Shown in pieces: positions 37,736-46,782 of a DNA stretch of 64,000 nt (position 1 is the stretch's first letter; each line of letters begins with the position of its first letter). The translations under genes and the position numbers were made by a program. Location of the stretch: positions 1 through 64,000 of IMG/VR virus record IMGVR_UViG_3300019458_000020; one strand, 5' to 3'. Below the pieces are notes generated by a model that worked only from the letters and a program-made list of their open reading frames with translations, had not been told where the DNA came from and searched no databases.

Positions 37736-40090
37736 TTATATTATTGACTTACCGGCCTTTGCTCCGGATGTAGTTGGAAGTTTAGTTGGGTCTTGTGAAT
37801 CTTGAGCAGGAAGTCCTGGTTCTTCTCCTGCCGGACTACGATTAACATCTACATCAGAACTAGGATTTGATTCTTCGACGTTAATTCTCTTGGATACATC
37901 CAATGTGGTTCCTGTGTCTCCATTATACTCCACCATATTTTTATGAAATTCCGTTGGCTCTGGTAAGAAAGGAGTATTTTTATCTGATGGAATAAACACA
38001 TTGTTTATATAATCATCCGTGAATGGAGCGTGACCAAAGTTTGCATTACCCACTATTGCACGATCTTTTTCTAAGACATCACATGTTACAGCAATTTCCA
38101 CTTCCCTAGGAAGTTGTGCGTAGTTTTTTCCAACCATCTTCGACCTTATAGATTTATTTAAATAATTCCATTCCTCTAATGGATTATTGATTTCATTCAT
38201 CGTTTCCCACGAAGCATCGTCTGGTATGTTTATGTTTACACTCTTTAATACAATCGGTTGAAATTTGTATAAATCACCAATCGTTACCATGAACATTGGA
38301 GGAACAATAAATCTATTGAATGCGTCCGGTCCTCCTTTTTTAGTGTAATTGGATGGTTTTACTGCACCAGCCATATAATTGATTTTTCTCCAAGTAGGAA
38401 GAAGTTCCTTAATACTATTAACAACCACATTAAATGTAAATGATAGGGTTCTGCTATATCCACTGTATGTATAAACTTGATCGGCACGGCCAATAAATCT
38501 TAATTCATCCCAAAATGCTGTACCACCTTCCGATATACCCTTGACGGTTGCTCTAAACGGAATGTATTTTTCATTAACAATATCATAAAAATAAAATGCA
38601 ATAATGTCATCGTGATATGGTTTCCACTCAGTCCACCCAGCGAAATCATCCAAAGGTATTTTTTCTTTGGATTGCCCATTGTTGGAAAGTATTCTGTCTT
38701 TTCCTATTACGGATATTCTATTTAATCCATCCGATTTATTTGTTGTTGAAAACTTTTGATTAAACGCTGTTAAATTATTTTCCAAAGTCCTAGTATGAGA
38801 AAAATACTCTCGTTGATATCCTTGGTTCGAACCAATTTTGTTATATCCCATACTTGTAGGGTCAGTATTAGGTAATGATATTGCCCTACTTCCTTGATTA
38901 ATTACTGTTTCGTATCTGGCATACTTTAATCCATCTATAACGTCTTTTAATGTTTGATTAATCTTCTTGACTGCATCTATTTTTGGATTATCCATCTTGG
39001 TTTCCCAAAATCGATTATTTGGTCCTGGCCTTTCAGAAGAATATCTGGAATAATTAACTAGAATGTCAGAATTTGTAAATTCTCCATCATCTACCCTCTT
39101 TACATACTGTGCATATTTTGTTAGTTCACTCGTAAGGTCGTATCCTGTATTTGAACCCTTTACGGTGACTCCGGTGAATCCTATATTTATAGGAATAACG
39201 GCCCATACTCCACCGGCCATAGGTATAAGTTTGGAACGATTAGTCACGTTTTGATTGTTTGATGCGAACCAAGATTGAATCAATGGTATTCTATTAGATT
39301 GAACCATTAATTCATAGGCTTTTTCATCGGCTCTAAATTGATTTGATGGTGGAATTAAATTGGTTGTAGCAAATAAGGATTTCATTGCATTCTTCATTGA
39401 CTCGAATAGGTTTTGAATTCCTCTACCTGATACTGTTTTTGGCCAACTGGTTTGTAATTTATAATATGCCTGTCCTGCATTTGGCGATCTAATTAATCCT
39501 CTTCCACCCGTGACGGCCTCTCTTGATAAAGCATTCACACCAACCGTAGATAATGGTGTTCCGGTTGTTCCGGTTAATAAACCAACAACATCTATGTGTC
39601 TAGTAACTCTTGGTGCCAACCCTAAAGTAGCCGGTTGGCCGACGGATAACATTACAGACAATGGATTGTAAATTCTCGTTTCTGGATAAGGTTGTAATAA
39701 TTGTAATGCTCCTTGTTTAACATAAAACATTACACCATCCGGAGATATGGAAAACTTACCTATACGAACTAAGTCGTTTAGTGTTGATTGAATTGGGGCC
39801 GCACGAGATTCAATAAATTTAAATGGTCTTGGTAAATCTCCAACGAATGTCCTATTTCCTTCTCCGGGATATTTGTAAATAAATGGTTGTTTATTTGGTA
39901 GAAAATTCAACAAAGAATCATGATCTGTATATGGAGAAAATTTACGATATAGATTTTCTGAATTTGCATTAAATAATAAACTAATTTTTCCCGGTTGTGG
40001 CCCTAATGGATAATTAGGGGGTACATTTTGTACAAGCGGAGGGAATCCCTGTAATGGGGCTATCGCATCTATTCTGTTATTATCTGCCAT
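37736..40090 (-). CDS. Putative tail tube initiator/baseplate protein
   Basis: C-terminal FRA...ISE....W.....GRAD..Y.Y.GY.R.LSF.F...P....TIGD tube-fold pattern; directly after the tape measure gene. Confidence 0.6.
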   Translation of the reverse strand: MADNNRIDAIAPLQGFPPLVQNVPPNYPLGPQPGKISLLFNANSENLYRKFSPYTDHDSLLNFLPNKQPFIYKYPGEGNRTFVGDLPRPFKFIESRAAPIQSTLNDLVRIGKFSISPDGVMFYVKQGALQLLQPYPETRIYNPLSVMLSVGQPATLGLAPRVTRHIDVVGLLTGTTGTPLSTVGVNALSREAVTGGRGLIRSPNAGQAYYKLQTSWPKTVSGRGIQNLFESMKNAMKSLFATTNLIPPSNQFRADEKAYELMVQSNRIPLIQSWFASNNQNVTNRSKLIPMAGGVWAVIPINIGFTGVTVKGSNTGYDLTSELTKYAQYVKRVDDGEFTNSDILVNYSRYSSERPGPNNRFWETKMDNPKIDAVKKINQTLKDVIDGLKYARYETVINQGSRAISLPNTDPTSMGYNKIGSNQGYQREYFSHTRTLENNLTAFNQKFSTTNKSDGLNRISVIGKDRILSNNGQSKEKIPLDDFAGWTEWKPYHDDIIAFYFYDIVNEKYIPFRATVKGISEGGTAFWDELRFIGRADQVYTYSGYSRTLSFTFNVVVNSIKELLPTWRKINYMAGAVKPSNYTKKGGPDAFNRFIVPPMFMVTIGDLYKFQPIVLKSVNINIPDDASWETMNEINNPLEEWNYLNKSIRSKMVGKNYAQLPREVEIAVTCDVLEKDRAIVGNANFGHAPFTDDYINNVFIPSDKNTPFLPEPTEFHKNMVEYNGDTGTTLDVSKRINVEESNPSSDVDVNRSPAGEEPGLPAQDSQDPTKLPTTSGAKAGKSII

Positions 40091-40099
40091 ATTCTATAA

Positions 40100-42481
40100 T
40101 TACGTTATACGAGGATTATTGACCCCATATCCATTCTTAAATTTAGTAGTTCGGTCTGTCTGAGAAGATAACAATTGACTATCCAAGTAAACAACGGAAG
40201 AAATTCCTCCATTCAACATATCTTTTCTCAAAGCACAGATTTCATCGTATATTAATTTAAATGTATCTGGCTGTTCGGATTTGTTGTTTCTTACACCTTC
40301 TGTAGAAGCATTGTTGAATCCTACTGATATATCCCTTAGTTTATCAAATTTTACATCAGGAATAGAATTTATAGCAATAGCCAAATCCTTTAACGCACTT
40401 GTTAAACTGACTACTTGAATTATTGTTCCTGCCAAACTTAAAGATTGAAGGTCTTTGAAACCGTTGACTACAATTTGAAATCCGTTAGCAAAATTTTGTA
40501 TTGCCTTAGATGCAATCCACATTGCTGCTGAAAATGGAATTAATGATGCACCTAATGCTGCAATAGCCAATGCTCCCAATCCTATTAATGGAAGAATTGG
40601 TCCAAGAACTGCGGCACCAATAGCCAATGCAGTTATACCGGCCGCGGCTATAAAGAATGTCTTCCATTCTACTCCATTCATCAATTTCATAGCAAAAGCA
40701 AATGGAATCAATGCAGCACTAAGAGCTAATACACTAAACACACCACGTAATACCGATGGATTCCCCATTGCTTTTAATCCACTAGCAGTTCCTTGTAGGA
40801 ATCCTCCCAATCCTTTACCTATACCGGCACCTATACCAGCAAAGAATTTTCCTAATCCAAAAAATATTGCTGCAAGTCCTCCCACTAAAACTATACCAGC
40901 GGCAATTCCAGCTACCCATTTATTCGTATTTAAGTTTATCCAATTTAGGGTATTAGCTATCCCTCCCAATACAGTATCAATAATAGGAAGAAATATTTCT
41001 GCAACTCTTTGAGTTAGTGCTTTCCATGATTGTTGAATCGATTCAATTCTAGCACTATTGTTTTTTATCATTAACGTATGTTTTTCACTCTTAGCTTCAA
41101 GTTCTGCACGCTTTGCTGTAGCTCGTGTTAGGTCTTCGTAAATTTTAAGTTGTTTTCTTATCTCCGGGTCTGAAGACTGACGTATTTTTTGCATTTCTCT
41201 ATCAGCTTGAAGTATTCTACCAACTTCATCGGCTGATTTACCCAATGCTTCAGCAACGGCACGTTGTTGGAATGGATCTAATTGTTCAAAACTTGTTTCT
41301 TTTGCAATTCGAAGTATTTCAGAATTCAATCCTTTTATATCTTTTCTGTATGCTAACTCTCTCGCAGTTTGTAAATTAATACTTTGTCCAAGTAATACAC
41401 TGGCTTCCATTTCACTTCTTACAGAAGATGTAAAATCAATTAATTTTTCTGCTGAGCTTGCCGCCGAACTTAAACTCGTTCCCAATCTTTTTGCTTCTAC
41501 AGCAGCTTTAGCTATCTCAATTGGGGAACGAGACATGAATGCAAAATGTGATTTCGTTGCACTTGAAATGTCTTTCATTACATCGTCAAGATTGGTTCCA
41601 GCTGCTCTTGATAATCTAGCAGTGAATAACAACATGTTCTCTTGCATCTTGGATGTACTTCCAGCAACGGAAGACATGTTCTTTAAAAATTCGGCAGAAG
41701 ATGCCGATGTGATACCCAATTGTTGACTCATCAACGACATGGTTTCACTTACACTCTTACTGGATACAAGGGTTGTTCCGAACGCATCGGCCATAGCCTG
41801 AACAGATTCATAAACATTTCTAGCAGTCACTCCTACAGCACCGAGGGTAAAGTGTATATCTCTTGTATCCTTATCTATGATTCCAGTAAACTCTCTGGTT
41901 ATACCCATACTTTTTCTGAAATCAGCTGCAGCTTTATCTATTTCATTAAATACATCCAGAATAAATTTAAACAATGAAACCGCTAGGGTTATACCAACTA
42001 AAATTGGTCCACCCTTACTCCACAACCTAGAATACTCAGAGAAAGATTCTTTTAACTTAGAAAACCCTAAAGCATCAGCGACATATCCCCTTGAACGTTC
42101 AGCGGAAAGTTTGGCGTATTCTTGTGACATCGATTTAATCGTGTCTCGATGATCCATTAACGCATTAAGTTGTCTCGTTAATTCATTAGATTCTGCGGCA
42201 GTTAGTGCCCTACCCATTGTTCTTAATTGATGAATTCTTTGGTGGGCTTCCATCGATGCCCTCAATCGTTCCTGAATATTGATTTCAATAGCTGATAATT
42301 TTTGTTGTGTGGTGAGTTGTTCTTCTTGGATGGATTTAATGATACCTTGTTCTACACCATGCATCTTTAAGAACCTACTTTGAATTTCTAAGGAACGTTC
42401 GATATTCTTGAAATTCTGTAATACATTGAGACTGGCATCTTGATAAGCCTCTAATGTTTTTTTGTCTAGGTTTTCCGGCAT
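40100..42481 (-). CDS. Tape measure protein
   Basis: Long Ala/Ser-rich helical protein with Gly/Ala hydrophobic repeats; downstream of the chaperone pair. Confidence 0.8.
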   Translation of the reverse strand: MPENLDKKTLEAYQDASLNVLQNFKNIERSLEIQSRFLKMHGVEQGIIKSIQEEQLTTQQKLSAIEINIQERLRASMEAHQRIHQLRTMGRALTAAESNELTRQLNALMDHRDTIKSMSQEYAKLSAERSRGYVADALGFSKLKESFSEYSRLWSKGGPILVGITLAVSLFKFILDVFNEIDKAAADFRKSMGITREFTGIIDKDTRDIHFTLGAVGVTARNVYESVQAMADAFGTTLVSSKSVSETMSLMSQQLGITSASSAEFLKNMSSVAGSTSKMQENMLLFTARLSRAAGTNLDDVMKDISSATKSHFAFMSRSPIEIAKAAVEAKRLGTSLSSAASSAEKLIDFTSSVRSEMEASVLLGQSINLQTARELAYRKDIKGLNSEILRIAKETSFEQLDPFQQRAVAEALGKSADEVGRILQADREMQKIRQSSDPEIRKQLKIYEDLTRATAKRAELEAKSEKHTLMIKNNSARIESIQQSWKALTQRVAEIFLPIIDTVLGGIANTLNWINLNTNKWVAGIAAGIVLVGGLAAIFFGLGKFFAGIGAGIGKGLGGFLQGTASGLKAMGNPSVLRGVFSVLALSAALIPFAFAMKLMNGVEWKTFFIAAAGITALAIGAAVLGPILPLIGLGALAIAALGASLIPFSAAMWIASKAIQNFANGFQIVVNGFKDLQSLSLAGTIIQVVSLTSALKDLAIAINSIPDVKFDKLRDISVGFNNASTEGVRNNKSEQPDTFKLIYDEICALRKDMLNGGISSVVYLDSQLLSSQTDRTTKFKNGYGVNNPRIT

Positions 42482-42499
42482 AAATCACTATATTACTAT

Positions 42500-42507
42500 T
42501 ATAAATA
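42500..42507 (-). promoter_or_regulatory. TATTTATA putative late promoter
   Basis: 18 nt upstream of ATG 42481. Confidence 0.6.
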
Positions 42508-42524
42508 GTGTCTATGTCTGTCTT

Positions 42525-42734
42525 TTAGAACGGTTTTGCGATAACTTTTTTTGGCTTTTTATCATCGGGTTGTGCTTCTTTTTCTTTTTTCATTTGTTCT
42601 AACAACCATTTTGTATAAAAAAATCTTAATGGGACAGGTAGTGCATATACTTCATCATGAGTAAATGCACCATTTGAATGATATGCTAAAGAAATAATGT
42701 CCGAATGAATTCGGACTTTATCTTCAGGTTTCAA
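42525..42734 (-). CDS. Tail assembly chaperone C-terminal ORF (gp51/T-like), probably expressed by frameshift
   Basis: No ATG start; VY.LP..LR.FY...L pattern; overlaps the upstream gene in the +1 frame. Confidence 0.65.
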   Translation of the reverse strand: MKPEDKVRIHSDIISLAYHSNGAFTHDEVYALPVPLRFFYTKWLLEQMKKEKEAQPDDKKPKKVIAKPF

Positions 42735-43557
42735 TGTCAGGCCATAGAAAGGAAGCTCCCAATGGGATATCTATCCTCCTTTCATGGTCGCATCGTTCAC
42801 ATGTAAAATCAAAGGTCAAATCGATATTTGGAATAACTTCTTTCATGTGTTTTCTTAATGCTAAACTATCTTTTGATAAGAAATCTTGTTCAATAAACTT
42901 TCTAATGATTGCCTTGTCGGCATTTCCATCTACCGAAGTTATAACATATTTTAAACGAGTAGTTAAATCGTTATTAGATTCTTTGTTTATTTTCTTTAGA
43001 TTTTTTAATTCTTGTTCTATGGAAAGTTCATCAACTTGATTCAATAACTTGAATGTAAGCTTTTTCTTAGAATGAGGCAATTCATACGAGAATTCATTCA
43101 CTCCTTCTACCACGTTATCAAGGTTTACTTCTTTATTGCCGATTTCACTTAGGTTTATTTTTACTTTGTTTTCCTCTAAGCAATTTGGACATTTTATAGA
43201 AACAGGGTATTCATCTCCATAAGCTAAACGTCTTACTGCAATTAGTATTGCATTTTTATCTTGTGCAAATATTTCAGCAACTTGAACTGCTTTGTCAACC
43301 AATAGAGATTCAATAAGTTTATCTAATACTGTTCCCTTCCTAATTAACTCTTGGTTGGCTAATATATCTTCTTCCTTTGCGGTCATCTGTTTTAATTCAA
43401 TTACACCTGACGATAGTGGATGACCTTTAGGGTATAGTTTTCCCTTTGTAGGAAGTGGAACCATTTCAGTTGGATACTTTGTAACTTCTTTTGTTGGTGT
43501 TGAAACTGGTGGATTCATACCACCTGGCCTTCGTAACGGAATTACTTCATCACTCAT
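42724..43557 (-). CDS. Baseplate hub assembly/tail chaperone (T4 gp26-like)
   Basis: LPTKG..Y, MTAKEEDIL, R.LAYG..Y, CPNC and CERC, ends FLWP. Confidence 0.8.
   Translation of the reverse strand: MSDEVIPLRRPGGMNPPVSTPTKEVTKYPTEMVPLPTKGKLYPKGHPLSSGVIELKQMTAKEEDILANQELIRKGTVLDKLIESLLVDKAVQVAEIFAQDKNAILIAVRRLAYGDEYPVSIKCPNCLEENKVKINLSEIGNKEVNLDNVVEGVNEFSYELPHSKKKLTFKLLNQVDELSIEQELKNLKKINKESNNDLTTRLKYVITSVDGNADKAIIRKFIEQDFLSKDSLALRKHMKEVIPNIDLTFDFTCERCDHERRIDIPLGASFLWPDIET
42745..42753 (-). other. Candidate programmed +1 ribosomal frameshift site UCC-UUU-CUA
   Basis: A UUU-to-UUC slip joins 42724..43557 to the ATG-less ORF ending at 42525. The +1 frame is open only from the TAG at 42771-42773. 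Confidence 0.55.
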
Positions 43558-43611
43558 AATATTAACCTATCATTCAATTAATATATAGGGGAATGTCCAA
43601 ATTTTTCGTTA

Positions 43612-44559
43612 TTATATTTGACCCGAAATCCGTTTGTTTAATTCCTGTCTTTGCTTTTCAAGATCAGGTATAACATCTCTTCTCATTCTCTCTACATCCC
43701 TTTTCTTGTAGTCAAGTTCTTTTTTCTTTGTAGCTAAATCTCTTTCAGTGGCTTGTTTTTCTTTTTGTGCATTAATTTTAGCTTGTGCAGTATCTTTAGC
43801 TCTTTGTTCCGAACTGTAATCAGGTTCATCCAATCCAATCTCTATCCCACTAGGCGTTGCAGATAGCGGAGGATCACCCATTAATTCCAAAATACATTCT
43901 CTTACTAAATTAGTAATGTATTCTTTCATATCAGGTTTAGAGGGCTTAAAATTTACATCTTGTGAAGAAAATTTATCTACCAAGAGTCTAAAAAGGCTTG
44001 GGTCGAACCAACCGAATACCCATTGAAAGAATTTTCTTTTATTGTCTTCGGATTGTGTTTTTGCTCCTAATGCGTTTCTTATATCGGTAGAGTTTACTTC
44101 CTTCCCATCTACCTTAGCATCTTCTACAAAGATGACATATCCATGTTTTCTTCCTACTTCCATGTTGTTTTTATTTGATTCGTAAGGTTGAAAATATGAC
44201 TCTGTTCCCTTGCCTGTTAACCACACTTCTTTTCCGTTTTTTTGTCCAACGGAAATTATAAATCTAGGTTTATCTTTGTTGCTGACAGCAAATACAATTG
44301 CAGCATCAGGATATTTTTGAACAACTTCAACCGGAGAATATCCATTTTTTACTTTGATAACATGACTTGAAGGGATTCCATGTTTTACCCATATTGCTTC
44401 TTTTTCTGCAAAGGATAAAGGAAAATGAGTCGGCTCTACTTTATCCGAAGAAACAATAAATGTATCAGGACCAACCACACTTTTTAATTTGTTATAAATA
44501 GACAAATGTCCTTTATGTGGTGGTTGAAATCGTCCGTTGTATATTCCTATTGTTTTCAT
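43612..44559 (-). CDS. Cytidylyltransferase-like (HxGH) nucleotidyltransferase with C-terminal coiled coil
   Basis: IGIYNGRFQPPHKGH, PLSF.EK, NSTDIR; internal KEYITNLVRECILE helix. Confidence 0.8.
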   Translation of the reverse strand: MKTIGIYNGRFQPPHKGHLSIYNKLKSVVGPDTFIVSSDKVEPTHFPLSFAEKEAIWVKHGIPSSHVIKVKNGYSPVEVVQKYPDAAIVFAVSNKDKPRFIISVGQKNGKEVWLTGKGTESYFQPYESNKNNMEVGRKHGYVIFVEDAKVDGKEVNSTDIRNALGAKTQSEDNKRKFFQWVFGWFDPSLFRLLVDKFSSQDVNFKPSKPDMKEYITNLVRECILELMGDPPLSATPSGIEIGLDEPDYSSEQRAKDTAQAKINAQKEKQATERDLATKKKELDYKKRDVERMRRDVIPDLEKQRQELNKRISGQI

Positions 44560-45341
44560 TATGACACGTAATTCGTGAGTTCATATCTTCCAGTAGGCAT
44601 TCTGTAAATGCTTATATGGAGATATTTCTTGGTCGGCTTGCCCTTATATTGTAAAAGTTTGTAATGGGTATCCTTATGTTGTTCATATCCAATGCCACCA
44701 TACATATATGGTTGACGAATACCGTATTTGTCGGCTTCGCTTTGTTTATGTTCACTTGGGTCAATAACAATCTTGTTACTTTCAATGAACTGTTCAACCG
44801 CTGCTAGTGTTTCAGAAAGATTTTCGTAGAAGGGTTTATTTGTTTCAGTGACCGGGTCTTTCTCAGGTTGTGGTTTAATTATTGCATGACTATAACCCAA
44901 ATTTTCTCTAATTAAAGACTTGATGATTTCTTTCAATTCTTCTACGGATATTTTTGATTCTCGGATATCAGCCCAAGTGAGTCTATCAGGACCATTCGTT
45001 TCATAGTCGCCGATTCCTTGATCATCATCGTAGTGATATCGAGATGCTTTAACATATCCTTGTATGTTTCCCACTTCGTAAAAATTGTAATTGGCTTGGG
45101 CCACATCTTTTGCTACTTGATCTACATCTTCCTCAGTTTCTAAATCCATTCTTCCTTCACCATATTCGTAACGAATAAATAAAACTTCATCGCCTTGAAC
45201 TCTTTTTTCCACGGCAATCCATTGATAGTTGTTTCCTTGAGTTGGGTAAAACGCAATGAATTCGCCTTCTTTAATTTTATAAATAAGACCTAAAATGTCA
45301 TCTGGCGATTTTGACGGAAGTGGCTTAATTTCTCTATTCAT
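44559..45341 (-). CDS. Hypothetical two-domain protein with internal leader-like helix
   Basis: IRESKISVEELKEIIKSLIRE; C-terminal IYRMPTGRYELTNY. Confidence 0.7.
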   Translation of the reverse strand: MNREIKPLPSKSPDDILGLIYKIKEGEFIAFYPTQGNNYQWIAVEKRVQGDEVLFIRYEYGEGRMDLETEEDVDQVAKDVAQANYNFYEVGNIQGYVKASRYHYDDDQGIGDYETNGPDRLTWADIRESKISVEELKEIIKSLIRENLGYSHAIIKPQPEKDPVTETNKPFYENLSETLAAVEQFIESNKIVIDPSEHKQSEADKYGIRQPYMYGGIGYEQHKDTHYKLLQYKGKPTKKYLHISIYRMPTGRYELTNYVS

Positions 45342-45348
45342 ATCACCA

Positions 45349-45356
45349 TATAAATA
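45349..45356 (-). promoter_or_regulatory. TATTTATA putative late promoter
   Basis: 7 nt upstream of ATG 45341. Confidence 0.6.
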
Positions 45357-45371
45357 TGTTACATATCTTCT

Positions 45372-45404
45372 AAAAACAAAAAAGCCGTCCGTCAGGACGG
45401 CTTT
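45372..45404 (-). terminator. Rho-independent terminator after hsp20
   Basis: AAAGCCGTCC-4 nt-GGACGGCTTT followed by a U tract. Confidence 0.85.
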
Positions 45405-45419
45405 GTTATATTTTGTTAA

Positions 45420-45902
45420 TTACCTCACTTCTATTTGTTTAACTGTATCCGTCTTTGGAGTCGGCTTTACCTTGTTGAGAGTAATTTCTAATATTCCATT
45501 TTCAAATTTAGCAGATACGTTGTTTTTATCAACATTCTCACCTAGGGAGAATGAACGACAAAAAGACGACCGTTTCAATTCCTTATGGATATATTTGTGT
45601 TCTTTTGTCTCAATGGATTGTTTTTCCCCTTTAATTCTAAGGACATTATCTTCTACTTCAACTAATACTTGTTCCTTTTTAAGACCTGGAACCTCTGCTT
45701 CAATAACCACTTTATCCAATTCATCTCTTATATCAACTTTTGGATAAGACCCTTTTCCAAAAAAATCCACTCCGAAATTTGAATGTAATTCCGGAAAGTT
45801 ATCGTTGAAGAATGTTTCAAATAGTGAAGAGAATGGAGTTAAAAACTCATCTCTATTTAAGGATGGAACCGATGTATTGTATCTAACTAATGAATTTTTC
45901 AT
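45420..45902 (-). CDS. Small heat shock protein (Hsp20/alpha-crystallin)
   Basis: PKVDI.D, EAEVPGL.KE, L.IKGEK, SF.RSF.L, A.FENGILEI. Confidence 0.95.
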   Translation of the reverse strand: MKNSLVRYNTSVPSLNRDEFLTPFSSLFETFFNDNFPELHSNFGVDFFGKGSYPKVDIRDELDKVVIEAEVPGLKKEQVLVEVEDNVLRIKGEKQSIETKEHKYIHKELKRSSFCRSFSLGENVDKNNVSAKFENGILEITLNKVKPTPKTDTVKQIEVR

Positions 45903-46091
45903 AATTGACCTTTCTTTTAATAACGTTTTAGTCTATTAAACGATTTACCCTCACAAGAAGCGTAAACCTTATCAGAATATATATAGAGTAAAAATAAGGT
46001 TTCAAGTTATTTTATTCAGATAAAATTCAATGATGGATGTTGTTTTTAACTCCATTCTTAAACTCTTTATTGTCTATTGAACATGTGATTA

Positions 46092-46134
46092 TAAAAACGA
46101 AAACTCTCTACTACTAAAACAAGCAGTAGAGAGT
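46092..46134 (-). terminator. Rho-independent terminator after the tail tube gene
   Basis: ACTCTCTACTGCT-6 nt-AGTAGTAGAGAGT followed by TTTCGTTTTT. Confidence 0.75.
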
Positions 46135-46166
46135 GTCCCTTAATAGGATTATTAGGCAGTATATAA

Positions 46167-46658
46167 TTAAAACTGTAGTATGGCGTAGTCGTACGACAAA
46201 GTAAGTGTAATTCCGAGTGGGTCGCCATTGTTCGTCCAGTCTAGGGTCTGGAAATCGGCATTAGTGATGAATGCACCTTTCAATGTCCATTCCTCAACCT
46301 TATCACCGACTGGTCCAAGGACATTTATGGTTATGTCCTTTTTATAGAAATCTTGATATCCATCACGGCCAGTAACCGATTCGTGAGAAAGACGAATCCA
46401 TTCCATTACAGCTTGGGCACCGGATGGAACAACTGGGTCATAAAGTTCAGCAGTAATTTCGTTCCAAATCGTCTTTCCTTTGTAGTATCTTTGAAGGTTG
46501 ATGTGGTCGAGGGCCTTGCGTTCGCTAGTTGGCTTTGGTCGGTCACATTTCTTCAAAATGAACGATGGGATACCATCGACATACATGATGAAACGATTTT
46601 GTGTTTTTGTTTCGAAGGCCGTCCAGAATATCTCATTGGAATTTAGTAAATCTGCCAT
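46167..46658 (-). CDS. Tail tube protein (T4 gp19-like)
   Basis: NRF, RP, GK..W..IT..LYD, VMEW, YKKDI....L...G..VE.W.LKGAF, TL.YDY. Confidence 0.9.
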   Translation of the reverse strand: MADLLNSNEIFWTAFETKTQNRFIMYVDGIPSFILKKCDRPKPTSERKALDHINLQRYYKGKTIWNEITAELYDPVVPSGAQAVMEWIRLSHESVTGRDGYQDFYKKDITINVLGPVGDKVEEWTLKGAFITNADFQTLDWTNNGDPLGITLTLSYDYAILQF

Positions 46659-46698
46659 AAAATTATCTTTCTTTTAATGTTTTATAATCCAACACTAA

Positions 46699-46706
46699 TA
46701 TAAATA
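46699..46706 (-). promoter_or_regulatory. TATTTATA putative late promoter
   Basis: 40 nt upstream of tube ATG 46658. Confidence 0.6.
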
Positions 46707-46782
46707 TACATCAAATAATAATTTGATTTTTTTTGTATTCGATTCTTAATTATTGTTACTGCGTTTGAACCAATGGATCAAT

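Noticed and set aside
45903-45990. CIRCE operator or RNA thermometer before hsp20
   Set aside because: Two weak hairpins exist (45924-45942, 45943-45967), but they do not match TTAGCACTC-N9-GAGTGCTAA and do not clearly occlude the AAAGG ribosome site.
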